Source of the DNA: Gemmatimonadales bacterium | GTDB taxonomy: Bacteria > Gemmatimonadota > Gemmatimonadetes > Longimicrobiales > Gaopeijiaceae | Length of the DNA stretch: 64,000 nt | Assembly: GCA_007692665.1 (NCBI GenBank) | Contig: REBP01000235.1 | Coordinates: 26 to 64,025 of the forward strand | Reading direction: 5' to 3' | Made by a program: the position numbers and the translations under genes | Part shown: positions 54,005 through 63,121 of the stretch, one piece after another | Numbering within the stretch: position 1 is the stretch's first letter | Layout of the letters: each line of letters begins with the position of its first letter | The notes under the pieces: generated by a model | Database searches by the model: none | Told to the model about the DNA's origin: nothing | What the model saw: only the letters and a program-made list of their open reading frames with translations

Positions 54005-55219
54005 TCAGGAGGCCGGATCCTCGGAGGGAGTGCCCGAGTCGGACCCGGAAGGGGGCCCCGACTCTTCCACACTGCCCTCGTCCAGAAGTATTCGCCGAAC
54101 GTAGGCCGCCCTGTGGGCATCGCTTTCCGCCGGGGACAGGACCCGGCCGGCCGCTTCGTCCAGATGGGCCGGCTGGGTGAACATCATGATCTTGTTGAGC
54201 GGATATACACGGAGACCGGAGAGGAGTTTCAGGCTCGCCCCGAGCCGGACCCCGCTGAGCAGGTTCATCAGCTCCTCGAAGGATAGGGACCGGGCATACC
54301 GAAGTAAACCGTAAGCTCGCCAGACCTTGTCTTCCGTGACGGCGCCGGCGTCCCGGAGAAGCACGTGCCGGGCCTTCACTTCGTACTGGATCACCTGGCG
54401 AACCACCGTGTCGAGGTGGTCCACCAGGTCCTCCTCCGTCTTGCCGAGCGTGGTCTGGTTCGAGAGCTGGAAGAAGTTGCCCACCACCTCCGATCCCTCG
54501 CCGTAGAGGCCACGAAAGGTCAGCCCCACCTGGGAGAGTCCCTGCAGGACCTTCCCGATTTCCTTGGTGAGCACGAGCCCCGGGAGGTGGAGAAGGACGG
54601 AGGCCCGCAGTCCCGTGCCGACATTGGTGGGGCAGCTCGTCAGGAACCCGAACTCCGGGTGATAGGCATACGGCACATGCTGTCCCAGCTCCTCGTCCAG
54701 GAGATCCACCCGGTTCCAGGCTTCGCGGAGATCGAGTCCGGACACGAGGACCTGGATGCGCAGGTGGTCCTCCTCGTTGAGCATGATGCTCAGGGGGGAG
54801 GCGGGGGCGAGGACCACGGCGGCCCCCTCCACGGCGCGGCCGGAATCCTCCTCACCCTCCTCCGGGCTGGCACCCCAGTCCGCTGTCGTCGCATCGGCAG
54901 CCTTCGACGAGGCGCCGACCTCCCCGAGGAGTTCCCGGGAGATGACGCGCCGCTCGAGAAGGAGGCGGGCACCCCGGCGCGGAAGTCCCCGGAGTTCCTG
55001 GACCTCGGCGCCCTGCAGCGGCTGCACCGAGGGGAGGGCTTCGCGCACCTGCCGGAGGACGGCGGTCCGGTCGTTCACGCGGGAGCGGGCACCAAAGGCC
55101 CGTCCCTGGAGGTTCCGGGCCAGGCGCATCCGGGTGGAAAGCACGATGTCCGAATGGTCCCCGGATGCATCCAGCCAGTCGAGCCCCGCGTCGGTGACCC
55201 GGTTCGGGAGATCGCTCAT
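54005..55219 (-). CDS. mcsB: protein arginine kinase McsB (ATP:guanido phosphotransferase)
   Basis: ATG at 55219 (ATGA overlap with the mcsA stop). NEEDHLRIQ, CPTNVGTGLRASV and a C-terminal dimerisation-type domain. It carries an extra acidic, low-complexity insert (SSKAADATTADWGASPEEGEEDSG). Confidence 0.88.
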   Translation of the reverse strand: MSDLPNRVTDAGLDWLDASGDHSDIVLSTRMRLARNLQGRAFGARSRVNDRTAVLRQVREALPSVQPLQGAEVQELRGLPRRGARLLLERRVISRELLGEVGASSKAADATTADWGASPEEGEEDSGRAVEGAAVVLAPASPLSIMLNEEDHLRIQVLVSGLDLREAWNRVDLLDEELGQHVPYAYHPEFGFLTSCPTNVGTGLRASVLLHLPGLVLTKEIGKVLQGLSQVGLTFRGLYGEGSEVVGNFFQLSNQTTLGKTEEDLVDHLDTVVRQVIQYEVKARHVLLRDAGAVTEDKVWRAYGLLRYARSLSFEELMNLLSGVRLGASLKLLSGLRVYPLNKIMMFTQPAHLDEAAGRVLSPAESDAHRAAYVRRILLDEGSVEESGPPSGSDSGTPSEDPAS

Positions 55220-55734
55220 GTCGCGGCCTTCCGGATCGAGCGGATCTGGTCGCGGAGTTCGGCGGCTCGCTCGAAGTCTTCCAGGTCCACGGCCCGGTCC
55301 AGCTTCCGGCGGAGCCCCTCGAGGCGCTTCTCGCGCTCCGACGCCGAGGGATCGGGCGGGAGATAGACCTTGCCCACGTGCTGCACGGCGCCCTGGACCC
55401 GGTGCAGGAGCGGCCGGAGCTGACCCTCGAAGGTCGACCAGCAATGGGGACATCCCAGGCGGCCCGACTCCTTGAAGCCCCGGATCGTAAGGCCGCAGAA
55501 GTCGCATCTCCCCGACCCGGACCCTTCACTCCCCGGTCCCGGGTTGACCTTCGTGCCGCTTCCCTCGATCTGCGCGAGGACGCCGGCAAGCAGGAAGTTC
55601 TCCGGTACGGGTGTCCCGTGAACCCCGCGAGCCTCGGCGCATTCCGCGCAGAGGTGAAGGGTCCGGGTCTCGTTGTCCTCCACCTCCGTCAGATGGATGA
55701 CGGGATTCTCCCCGCCGCATTCGTCACACTTCAT
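55216..55734 (-). CDS. mcsA: McsA-like activator (four CxxC zinc-finger pairs + UVR motif)
   Basis: ATG at 55734, preceded by GGGAG. CDECGG..CAEC and CDFCG..CPHC are followed by [18 protein letters not shown]. Confidence 0.85.
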   Translation of the reverse strand: MKCDECGGENPVIHLTEVEDNETRTLHLCAECAEARGVHGTPVPENFLLAGVLAQIEGSGTKVNPGPGSEGSGSGRCDFCGLTIRGFKESGRLGCPHCWSTFEGQLRPLLHRVQGAVQHVGKVYLPPDPSASEREKRLEGLRRKLDRAVDLEDFERAAELRDQIRSIRKAAT

Positions 55735-56482
55735 CGGGATCTCCCGGTGGCTCGAGGTCGTGTCCATCCTCGAGAACCCCGTCCCGCAGCGAGAGGATCC
55801 GGTTGGCCCGGCGTGCGAGTTCCCGGTTGTGGGTCACGAGCACCAGCGAGAGCCCGCGTTCCTCGCGGATCCGGAAGAGAAGATCGTGAAGTCCCTCGCT
55901 GGTTTCCGGGTCCAGGTTGCCCGAGGGTTCGTCGGCGAGGAGGAGAGGCGGATCGTTCACGAGGGCGCGTGCCACCGCCACCCTCTGCTGCTCCCCGCCG
56001 GACAGCTGCCAGGGCTTGTGATCGAGACGGGACCCGAGGCCCGTGGCGCGCAGGAGGACTTCCGCCCGGTCCCGGGCCTCGGTCCCGGCGACCCCGGCCA
56101 CCAGCGCCGGCATGGCCGCGTTTTCCAGCGCCGTGAACTCCCGGAGCAGATGGTGGAACTGGAAGACGAAGCCCACCGCCCGGTTCCGGATCCTTGCCAG
56201 CCCCTCGCTTCCCTGCCCCGCCACCCGCTCCCCCGACAGGACGATCTCGCCCGCCGAGGGGCGATCGAGCCCTCCCAGGATGTGCAGAAGGGTGGACTTC
56301 CCGGACCCGCTCTGCCCGACGACGGCCACGGCCTCCCCGTGATGCACGGTGAGGTTCACGCCCCGAAGGATGTGGAGGGGCCGGCCGTCACCGAGGGTGT
56401 AGGACTTCTCCACCGCCCTCGCCTCCAGCGGGTTCGGGGCCGCAGGGGGCACCCCGGGCACGGGGGGGATGACGTCACTCAC
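55724..56482 (-). CDS. lolD: lipoprotein-releasing system ATP-binding protein LolD-like ABC ATPase
   Basis: [24 protein letters not shown] and [11 protein letters not shown]. It is adjacent to the LolC/E-type permease. Confidence 0.85.
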   Translation of the reverse strand: MSDVIPPVPGVPPAAPNPLEARAVEKSYTLGDGRPLHILRGVNLTVHHGEAVAVVGQSGSGKSTLLHILGGLDRPSAGEIVLSGERVAGQGSEGLARIRNRAVGFVFQFHHLLREFTALENAAMPALVAGVAGTEARDRAEVLLRATGLGSRLDHKPWQLSGGEQQRVAVARALVNDPPLLLADEPSGNLDPETSEGLHDLLFRIREERGLSLVLVTHNRELARRANRILSLRDGVLEDGHDLEPPGDPDEV

Positions 56483-57728
56483 GCTTGATCGCCTCCACCG
56501 GCTCCAGGCGGGAGGCCTGGAGCGCCGGGTAGATGGTGGCCAGAAGCGCGATCAGAACGCTGCCGCCCAGGATCAGGAGCACATCGGACGGGTTCACGGC
56601 CACCGGGAGCCGCTCGATGAAGTAGACGTCGGGAGGAATCGAGATGGGCTGGAAGCGATCCAGAAACCAGCACAGCAGGAGGCCGAAAATCGTCCCCAGC
56701 AGGGTTCCCAGCACGCCGATGGAGAGCCCCTGGAGCAGGAAGACCCGGAGCACGCCGCGGTCCGTCATCCCCATGGACTTGAGGATCCCGATTTCCGAGG
56801 TCCGGTCCACGACGACCATGACCAGGGTGCTCACGATGTTGAAGGATGCCACGATGACGATGAGGAAGAGAATGATCCCCATGGCCAGCTTCTCGAGCTG
56901 GAGCGCGGCGAAGAGCGGCGCGTTCTGGGTGATCCACGAGTCCGTGAAGTACCCGCGCCCCAGGCGGTCCAGGATCCGCTCTCCTGCGGCGTTGGCCTCC
57001 CACGGGTCCGCGACCCGCACCCGGAGCCCCGACACCTGGTCCGACGCCCGCAGCCCGAGGATGGCCTGCACTTCCTCGAGGGGGGCGTACATGTTCTTGG
57101 TGTCGTACTCGTACATGCCGGTGTCGAAGGTCCCGGTGACCTCGAACGACATCGTGAACGGAGTGGAGAGTCCGAACGGGTTGGTCCCCACGTTCTCGAG
57201 GGACGCGATGGTGAGCGTGTCACCGGTGAGAATCCCCATTCGCGTGGCCAGCCTCCCGCCCACGACCACCGGGGCCAGCCCGGACTCGGTGCGTTCCAGC
57301 GCCAGCACCCCCAGCCGGATCGCCTCCTCCATCTCGGTGACCGCGTCTTCCGGGGTACCCTCGAGAGAGACCCCGTAGAGATCGGCCGTCTGGACGTAGT
57401 CGGCGGTTCGCAGCACGGCGACCTGGGTCAGGAGGAAGGGGGCCGCCGCCTCCACGTCCGGCACCGTGAGGACCGTATCCATGACCGAGCGCCAGTCGGA
57501 CATGCGGAGCGCGCCCCCGGTCTGAAGCACGATCACGTGAGGGGTGGATTCCAGGATCTTGTCCCGGAGTTCCGTCTGCATCCCGTTCATGACCCCCAGA
57601 ACGACGTTCAGGGCGGTCACCCCCACCGTGATCCCGCCGAGGGCGATCCAGGTGATGAACGACAGGAACTGTCCCTTCTTTCGGGACGCCAGGTAGCGGC
57701 GGGCGAGAAACCAGTCGAGTTGGGCCAT
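56475..57728 (-). CDS. lolC: LolC/LolE-family lipoprotein-releasing permease (FtsX-like)
   Basis: The N-terminus MAQLDWFLARRYLASRKKGQFLSFITWIALGGITVGVTAL is typical of LolC/E. It has a 4-TM FtsX fold with a large periplasmic loop. Confidence 0.85.
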   Translation of the reverse strand: MAQLDWFLARRYLASRKKGQFLSFITWIALGGITVGVTALNVVLGVMNGMQTELRDKILESTPHVIVLQTGGALRMSDWRSVMDTVLTVPDVEAAAPFLLTQVAVLRTADYVQTADLYGVSLEGTPEDAVTEMEEAIRLGVLALERTESGLAPVVVGGRLATRMGILTGDTLTIASLENVGTNPFGLSTPFTMSFEVTGTFDTGMYEYDTKNMYAPLEEVQAILGLRASDQVSGLRVRVADPWEANAAGERILDRLGRGYFTDSWITQNAPLFAALQLEKLAMGIILFLIVIVASFNIVSTLVMVVVDRTSEIGILKSMGMTDRGVLRVFLLQGLSIGVLGTLLGTIFGLLLCWFLDRFQPISIPPDVYFIERLPVAVNPSDVLLILGGSVLIALLATIYPALQASRLEPVEAIKRE

Positions 57729-57760
57729 GATCGGATTCAGTGCAGGTGAATTCCCCCGCG

Positions 57761-59359
57761 TCAGCTTCCCCCCCCCTCCCCGGGGCGGAGCGTCGGAAAG
57801 AGGATCACGTCACGGATCGAGGCGGAGTCGGTGACCAGCATGGCCAGGCGGTCCACCCCGATCCCCACGCCCCCGGTGGGAGGCATGCCGTACTCCATGG
57901 CCCTGAGGTAGTCCTCGTCCACAGGGTGCGTCTCGTCATCTCCCGCCTCCCTGGCCACCACCTGGGCCTCGAAGCGCGCCCGCTGGTCCAGCGGGTCGTT
58001 CAGCTCGGAGAAGGCGTTGGCCAGTTCACGGCCCGACACGTACAGCTCGAATCGCTCCGTGAGCCGGGGGTCGCCGCGCTTGGTCTTGGCCAGCGGCGAG
58101 AGCTCCACCGGGTAGTCCACGACGAAGGTGGGCTGGACCAGTTCGGGCTCCACCAGCGCGCCGAAGAGCTTGTCCAGGAGGCGTCCCCGGCTCGCACCCT
58201 CGAGCCCGGTTTCACCCAGCGCCTCGGCCCGGGCGCGCAGGTCGGAATCCGACAGGTCGCCCGCATCCACGCCCAGCTTCGTGTTCAGCCCCTCCATGAA
58301 GGGGAGGCGCCGGAAGCGGGATTCGAAATCGATCTCCACCCCCTGAACCCGGATGCGCTCCCCGCCGTTGACCGCGGTCACGGCATGGCGCAGGAGGGCC
58401 TCGACGCCCTTCATCATCTCCTCGTAGTCGGCGAAGGCCTGGTAGTACTCGAGCATGGTGAATTCCGGGTTGTGGGACCGGTCGATCCCCTCGTTCCGGA
58501 AGTCCTTCCCGATCTCGTAGACCCGTTCGAACCCCCCCACGATGAGCCGCTTCAGGTACAGTTCATCGGCGATGCGGAGGTACAGCGTCGTGTCGAGGGC
58601 GTTGTGATGGGTGGTGAACGGACGTGCCGCAGCCCCGCCGTAGAGGGGCTGCAGCACCGGCGTTTCCACCTCGATGAAGTCCCTGGCGTCCAGGAACTCC
58701 CGCAGCGCCCGGATCAGCCGCGTGCGCTTCAGGAAGACCTCGCGGACCTCGGGATTCACGGCCAGGTCGGCATAGCGCTGCCGGTACCGGGCCTGCTGGT
58801 CCTGGAACCCGGAGTGCACCACGCGGGCCCCGGTCTCGGCGTCGACCTCCTCCTTCCCGAAGGGGAGGGGGCGAAGCGACTTGGCCAGGAGTTCCCACCC
58901 CTCCACCTTCACCGTCGCCTCGCCGGTGCGGGTGCGGAACATGGGCCCGTGCACGCCGATCCAGTCCCCGAGGTCCAGCAGGTCCAGCATCCGGAATGCA
59001 TCCTCCCCGAGCGTATTCAGACGGAAGTAGAGCTGGATTCGCCCGCCTCCGTCCTCCATGTGGGCGAAGGCGCTCTTGCCATGGCTCCGCCACGAAACCA
59101 TGCGCCCCGCCAGCCGCAGCGACTCGGTCTCGCCGCCGTCGGACAGCGTCCCCTCCGACTCGGCTCTCTCGAAGTGCGCCAGGGCCTGGTCGGTGCGGTG
59201 GGTCCGATCGAAGGCGTAGGCGAAGGGTTCGACGCCCCGTTCCCGGAGTGCCTCCAGCTTCTCCCGCCGGTGCCGAAGCACCTGGCTCAGTTCGCGCTCT
59301 TCGGACTCGCCCTCGTGCCTGCGCTCGTTCGCGGGGTCGTTCATGCGTTCATCGGTCAT
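57761..59359 (-). CDS. lysS: lysine--tRNA ligase (class II)
   Basis: An OB anticodon-binding region and class II motifs (FRNEG, GGVGIGVDRL). It lies in the prfB-lysS arrangement with an ATGA overlap. Confidence 0.93.
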   Translation of the reverse strand: MTDERMNDPANERRHEGESEERELSQVLRHRREKLEALRERGVEPFAYAFDRTHRTDQALAHFERAESEGTLSDGGETESLRLAGRMVSWRSHGKSAFAHMEDGGGRIQLYFRLNTLGEDAFRMLDLLDLGDWIGVHGPMFRTRTGEATVKVEGWELLAKSLRPLPFGKEEVDAETGARVVHSGFQDQQARYRQRYADLAVNPEVREVFLKRTRLIRALREFLDARDFIEVETPVLQPLYGGAAARPFTTHHNALDTTLYLRIADELYLKRLIVGGFERVYEIGKDFRNEGIDRSHNPEFTMLEYYQAFADYEEMMKGVEALLRHAVTAVNGGERIRVQGVEIDFESRFRRLPFMEGLNTKLGVDAGDLSDSDLRARAEALGETGLEGASRGRLLDKLFGALVEPELVQPTFVVDYPVELSPLAKTKRGDPRLTERFELYVSGRELANAFSELNDPLDQRARFEAQVVAREAGDDETHPVDEDYLRAMEYGMPPTGGVGIGVDRLAMLVTDSASIRDVILFPTLRPGEGGGS

Positions 59360-60469
59360 GCGGCGGTCTGGGCTCCGAACTTCTTGAGGTACGCCTCGAT
59401 GAGGGGGTCCAGGTCCCCGTCCATCACGGCGTGGACATCGGTGAGCTTGAGCTCGGTCCGATGGTCATTCACCATGGTGTACGGCTGGAAGACGTACGAC
59501 CGGATCTGGCTTCCCCACCCGATGTCGGACTTGGTGGCTTCCAGCGCCGCCTTCTCCTTCTCCCGCTCCTGCATCTCGCGCTCGTACAGGGCCGCCTTCA
59601 GCATCTTCATGGCGGTGGCCTTGTTCTTGTGCTGCGAGCGCTCCTTCTGGCACGACACGGCGATCCCCGTCGGCTCGTGGGTGAGCCGGACCGCCGAGTC
59701 CGTCTTGTTGATGTGCTGCCCCCCGGCACCCGAGGCGCGGAACGTGTCGACACGCAGATCCGACTCGTCGATCTCGATGACGATGTCGTCGTCCTCCACC
59801 AGCGGATACACGAAGACCGAGGCAAAGGACGTGTGCCGCCGCGCCTGGGAGTCAAAGGGGGAGATCCGGACGAGTCGGTGCACGCCCTTCTCCGCCTTGA
59901 GGAATCCGAAGGCCGAGGTTCCACGGATCTCCAGCGTCGCGCTCTTGATCCCCGCCTCCTCCCCGTGCTGCATGTCGAGGAGTTCCATGGCGTAGCCCTG
60001 CCGTTCGGCCCAGCGCTGGTACATGCGCAGGAGCATCTCGGCCCAGTCCTGCGACTCGGTGCCCCCGGCCCCGGACTGGATCGTCAGGATGGCCTCCATG
60101 TGGTCGCTCTCGCCACGGAGCATGGTCTTGAGCTCCATGGCCTCGAGCTTCCGTTCGAACCGCTCGGCTTCCGCAGTCCACTCCACCTCGAGGTCGGCAT
60201 CGGGCTCTTCGCGGAAGAGTTCGGCAAGTTCGAGCAGTTCCTCGGCCTTGGCGTGGAGTTCCGCCCAGGTCTCGGTCCAGCCCTTCAACTGCGTGACCTC
60301 CGCCATGACGGCCCGGGCCTCGTCCGGACGATCCCAGAAGGAGGGGTTGGTCATGCGGGCCTCGAGTTCCTCTACGCGCTGTTCCTTGAGAGAGAGGTCA
60401 AAGGAACCCCCTTAGGTCGTCGACCCGCTTGCAGAGTGCGCGGAGTTCGGAAAGGCGTTCGGCGTTCAT
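59356..60469 (-). CDS. prfB: peptide chain release factor 2, requires a programmed +1 frameshift (frame 0 60469..60398, frame +1 60399..59356)
   Basis: Frame 0 reads MNAERLSELRALCKRVDDLRGFL then TGA. Shifting +1 at CTT TGA C continues DLSLKEQRVEELEARMTNPSFWD..., with SPF and GGQ (SGAGGQHINK) motifs downstream. Confidence 0.93.
60397..60412 (-). promoter_or_regulatory. RF2 autoregulatory +1 frameshift site (AGGGGG - 3 nt - CTT TGA C)
   Basis: The minus strand reads AGGGGGTTCCTTTGAC. This is the same architecture as E. coli prfB: an internal SD, a 3-nt spacer, then CUU UGA C. Confidence 0.9.
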
Positions 60470-60519
60470 GCGTGGAGTTTTCCTTGGTTTCGTGAGCCAG
60501 GTCGGGCGGGTCGGCGGAT

Positions 60520-60564
60520 GGAGTCCTGGCAGCTGGAGTCCGGCCGGCTGGGGTCCGGGCGACT
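60520..60564. repeat. 15-nt tandem repeat x3 (ggagtcctggcagct / ggagtccggccggct / ggggtccgggcgact)
   Basis: Read directly. It lies in the roughly 400-nt spacer upstream of prfB. Confidence 0.85.
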
Positions 60565-60872
60565 GGCGTACGGTGGGGGGACGTCTGCCCCCTGGTGGAT
60601 GCGAGGGTGGTGGTGCTGCGGCGGTCGTCGTCTCCGGCGATGGGTCGGGGCACGCCCGTCTGCTGTACCCCGAATCGGAGACGAAGTACCCGTTGGAGCG
60701 GGATGCATCCGTCGGGCCGGGAGGGGGATCTCCCCCGGGGTGAAGCCGCAGCCCTCAAGTATACCCCGGGAGGGAGGATCCCTCAATGGATCCGGGGGCC
60801 CGGTGCCGATGCGGAGACGCTTCACCGACAGCCCCTGGGGGCCGGGGAAGCGGGGCCGTCGACCCGGGGTGA

Positions 60873-62003
60873 TCAGTAGGGGAAACCCGGCCCCTCGAAG
60901 AGCTTCTCACCCTGGGCGAGAACTTCGTTCAGCGCATCGGCAAAGTGATGGGTGCTGGCGGCAAACTCCTCGCCGATCTGGTCCACGTATTCTTCCCACG
61001 ACTTCTCGATCTCGTCGCGAAAGTCCTGGCGCAGACTGCCGTTGCGACGTGCGTCGGCATACCGGGCCGGGTTGTACGTGATCATGTCCGACGAAAGTAC
61101 CCGCGCCAGGCGCCGCGCACGGTTCGCCGGATCGCGGAAGCCGAAGCGCGCCTGCCCGCTGACGGCCCGTACCTCGTCCGAGGCAGGACTCCCGGTCGCC
61201 ATACCGGAGCCGCCGGCAGTGGCGGGGGTCCACGGGCCGTCCCGGGAAGCGCCTGGGTCTGCGGACTCCCGGCCCGTCTCGGCCGACCGCGCGTCCGGGG
61301 CTGGATCGACCCCTTCCCGGATGGCGGACTCCTCGGCGACGGGGGCCTCTTCCTCGTCGATGGCGGCGTCCTCCCCGGAACCGGTGACCTCCTCTTCGGC
61401 GACGGTGGTCTCCTCTTCGGCGCCGGTGGCCTCCTCTTCGGCGACCAGGGCGTCCTCCTCGACGGCGACATCTTCCTCGACGGCGACATCTTCCCCGACG
61501 GCGACATCTCCCCCGACCGCGGGCTCCGCCTCCACCCCGAAGTCCTCCACCACGAAGTCCTCCTCCCCGGTGAACTCGCCCGTGTCCCCGGAATCCTCCT
61601 CCACCGTGAACTCTGCCTCGACGGCGAACTCCGGATCGGCCGAGTGCACCTCCTCGAGCCGGTGTCCGGAAGCGGAGTCAGACTCCGAGGGAACCTCGGT
61701 CGCGAAGACCGGCGACGCCTGGTAGGAGGCGTCAGCGCCGGCCTCCACCTCCGGGCCGCCCGCTCCATCTCCCGCCTCGAGCTCATGGAGAGCCTCGTCG
61801 CCCGACCCGGCCGAGTCGTGCTGCGGCGCCGGTGCCACCGATACCCAGCCGGCGGGGCGGGCCACCGGGAATGCCCGGCTGCAGACGGAGCAGATCGCGA
61901 GGACGCCCTTCAGGGGGACCCGATCAGGATCGACGGGAAAGCCCGTTCCGCAGGTGGGGCACGACACGTTCATCGGGGAAACCCTGTTCATGGACACTCT
62001 CAT
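60873..62003 (-). CDS. MJ0042-type zinc-ribbon protein with a long acidic repeat linker and a conserved-looking C-terminal domain
   Basis: The N-terminus MNVSCPTCGTGFPV...ICSVCSRAF is a zinc ribbon. About 200 aa of Asp/Glu/Val/Ala repeats follow. The C-terminal roughly 100 aa are non-repetitive (RFGFRDPANRARRLARVLSSDMITYNPARY...). ATGA overlap with the upstream stop at 62000..62003. Confidence 0.7.
   Translation of the reverse strand: MRVSMNRVSPMNVSCPTCGTGFPVDPDRVPLKGVLAICSVCSRAFPVARPAGWVSVAPAPQHDSAGSGDEALHELEAGDGAGGPEVEAGADASYQASPVFATEVPSESDSASGHRLEEVHSADPEFAVEAEFTVEEDSGDTGEFTGEEDFVVEDFGVEAEPAVGGDVAVGEDVAVEEDVAVEEDALVAEEEATGAEEETTVAEEEVTGSGEDAAIDEEEAPVAEESAIREGVDPAPDARSAETGRESADPGASRDGPWTPATAGGSGMATGSPASDEVRAVSGQARFGFRDPANRARRLARVLSSDMITYNPARYADARRNGSLRQDFRDEIEKSWEEYVDQIGEEFAASTHHFADALNEVLAQGEKLFEGPGFPY
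61389..61451. repeat. 21-nt in-frame tandem repeat x3 (ctcctcttcggcgacggtggt-like)
   Basis: Read directly. It encodes ...AEEE heptad-like units. Confidence 0.9.
61461..61514. repeat. 18-nt in-frame tandem repeat x3 (gacggcgacatcttcctc-like)
   Basis: Read directly. It encodes GDVAVGEDVAVEEDVAVE. Confidence 0.9.
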
Positions 62004-63007
62004 TCCGCTGGCTCGTCCGGGAGGGCCACGGACGTGGCCACCTCCTCTTCCTTCCTCGCCAGCCCACCATCATGCCGGCGGTCCACGACGTACACCGACC
62101 CGGGCAACGTCTTCGCATACGACTTCATCTCGCCGGCCCGGCTGCTGACCTGGGCCGGATGCCTGAAGGCCTGCGCGAGGTTCGTGACCACCCCGATGGA
62201 CAGGGTCATGAGCGGAACACGGTGGAGTGTACCTCGGCGGTCACGCCCGAGGAAGTAGCCCGCGGCCCGGTCCGACTCGGAGTACTGGTAGGGCATGATC
62301 TCGTCGAAGAGGTCGATGATCTCCTCGCACGACTCCTCCATCCGGTCCAGGGGCACCGTGAACACGAAGTCGTCCCCCCCGATATGACCGACGAACCCCC
62401 CGGGAGCCAGCCCCCTGACGAGGTCCCGGAGCACGAGGGACACGAGGTAGATCACCCGGTCACCCCGGTTGTACCCGTAGCGGTCGTTGAATTCCTTGAA
62501 GTGGTCCAGGTCGGCGTAGCAGAACGCGAACGGCTCGCCCCGCTGAAGCCGGGCCAGGACATCGCGCTCGATCTGAGGGGTGCCCGGGAGCCGGGTCGTG
62601 GGGTGTACGGACACATCCCGCATGGCACGACGAAGGAGCAGGTCGAGCCGCAGGTCGGCCTCCGACTCTCCGCGGTCGAGTGCGATCACCTCGTCGGCGC
62701 CGCGTTCGAGGGCGTGCGGGACTGCGTGCTCGAAACCGGACGGCAGAAGGACCGCCACCGGGAGAATCGACGTGTAGGCGTCCGACTTGATCCGCTCGCA
62801 GAGATCCAGCGCCTCCTCGGTGGAAGCCTCGGAGGAGCCGCCGAGGATCAGGGCGGAGGGGAGCCCCCGGTTGATGCGGTGCAGAACCGAGTCTGCGGAG
62901 GAGACGGGTACGAGGTGGATTCCGCGGTCCTCCGCAAAGGAGCGCACGAAGGCGGGAGGTGTCCCACCCTCACGATCGAAAAAGAGGACCGTCCATTCGG
63001 CGGCCAT
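62000..63007 (-). CDS. receiver-like domain + GGDEF-domain protein (motif GGDDF)
   Basis: ATG at 63007 chosen inside ORF 62000..63106. A CheY-like N-terminal fold is followed by YADLDHFKEFNDRYGYNRGD...GHIGGDDFVF. By eye, the receiver seems to lack the canonical phospho-Asp (SALILGG). Confidence 0.75.
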   Translation of the reverse strand: MAAEWTVLFFDREGGTPPAFVRSFAEDRGIHLVPVSSADSVLHRINRGLPSALILGGSSEASTEEALDLCERIKSDAYTSILPVAVLLPSGFEHAVPHALERGADEVIALDRGESEADLRLDLLLRRAMRDVSVHPTTRLPGTPQIERDVLARLQRGEPFAFCYADLDHFKEFNDRYGYNRGDRVIYLVSLVLRDLVRGLAPGGFVGHIGGDDFVFTVPLDRMEESCEEIIDLFDEIMPYQYSESDRAAGYFLGRDRRGTLHRVPLMTLSIGVVTNLAQAFRHPAQVSSRAGEMKSYAKTLPGSVYVVDRRHDGGLARKEEEVATSVALPDEPAE

Positions 63008-63121
63008 ATCGTCAACCGTCTCCGTCAGCAGGCGAGGGTCCAGGCGCGGGTGAGGGCGCGGGGGGGGGGAGAACACGCAGGGCCGAACGGTACGGGCCGG
63101 AAGCACTCAAGTCAAACCCGA

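Noticed and set aside
60372-60758. A 128-aa minus-strand ORF with (A)RTP pentapeptide repeats upstream of and overlapping prfB.
   Set aside because: It overlaps the verified prfB frame-0 leader. Its translation is low complexity, and the periodicity simply mirrors the 15-nt DNA repeat.
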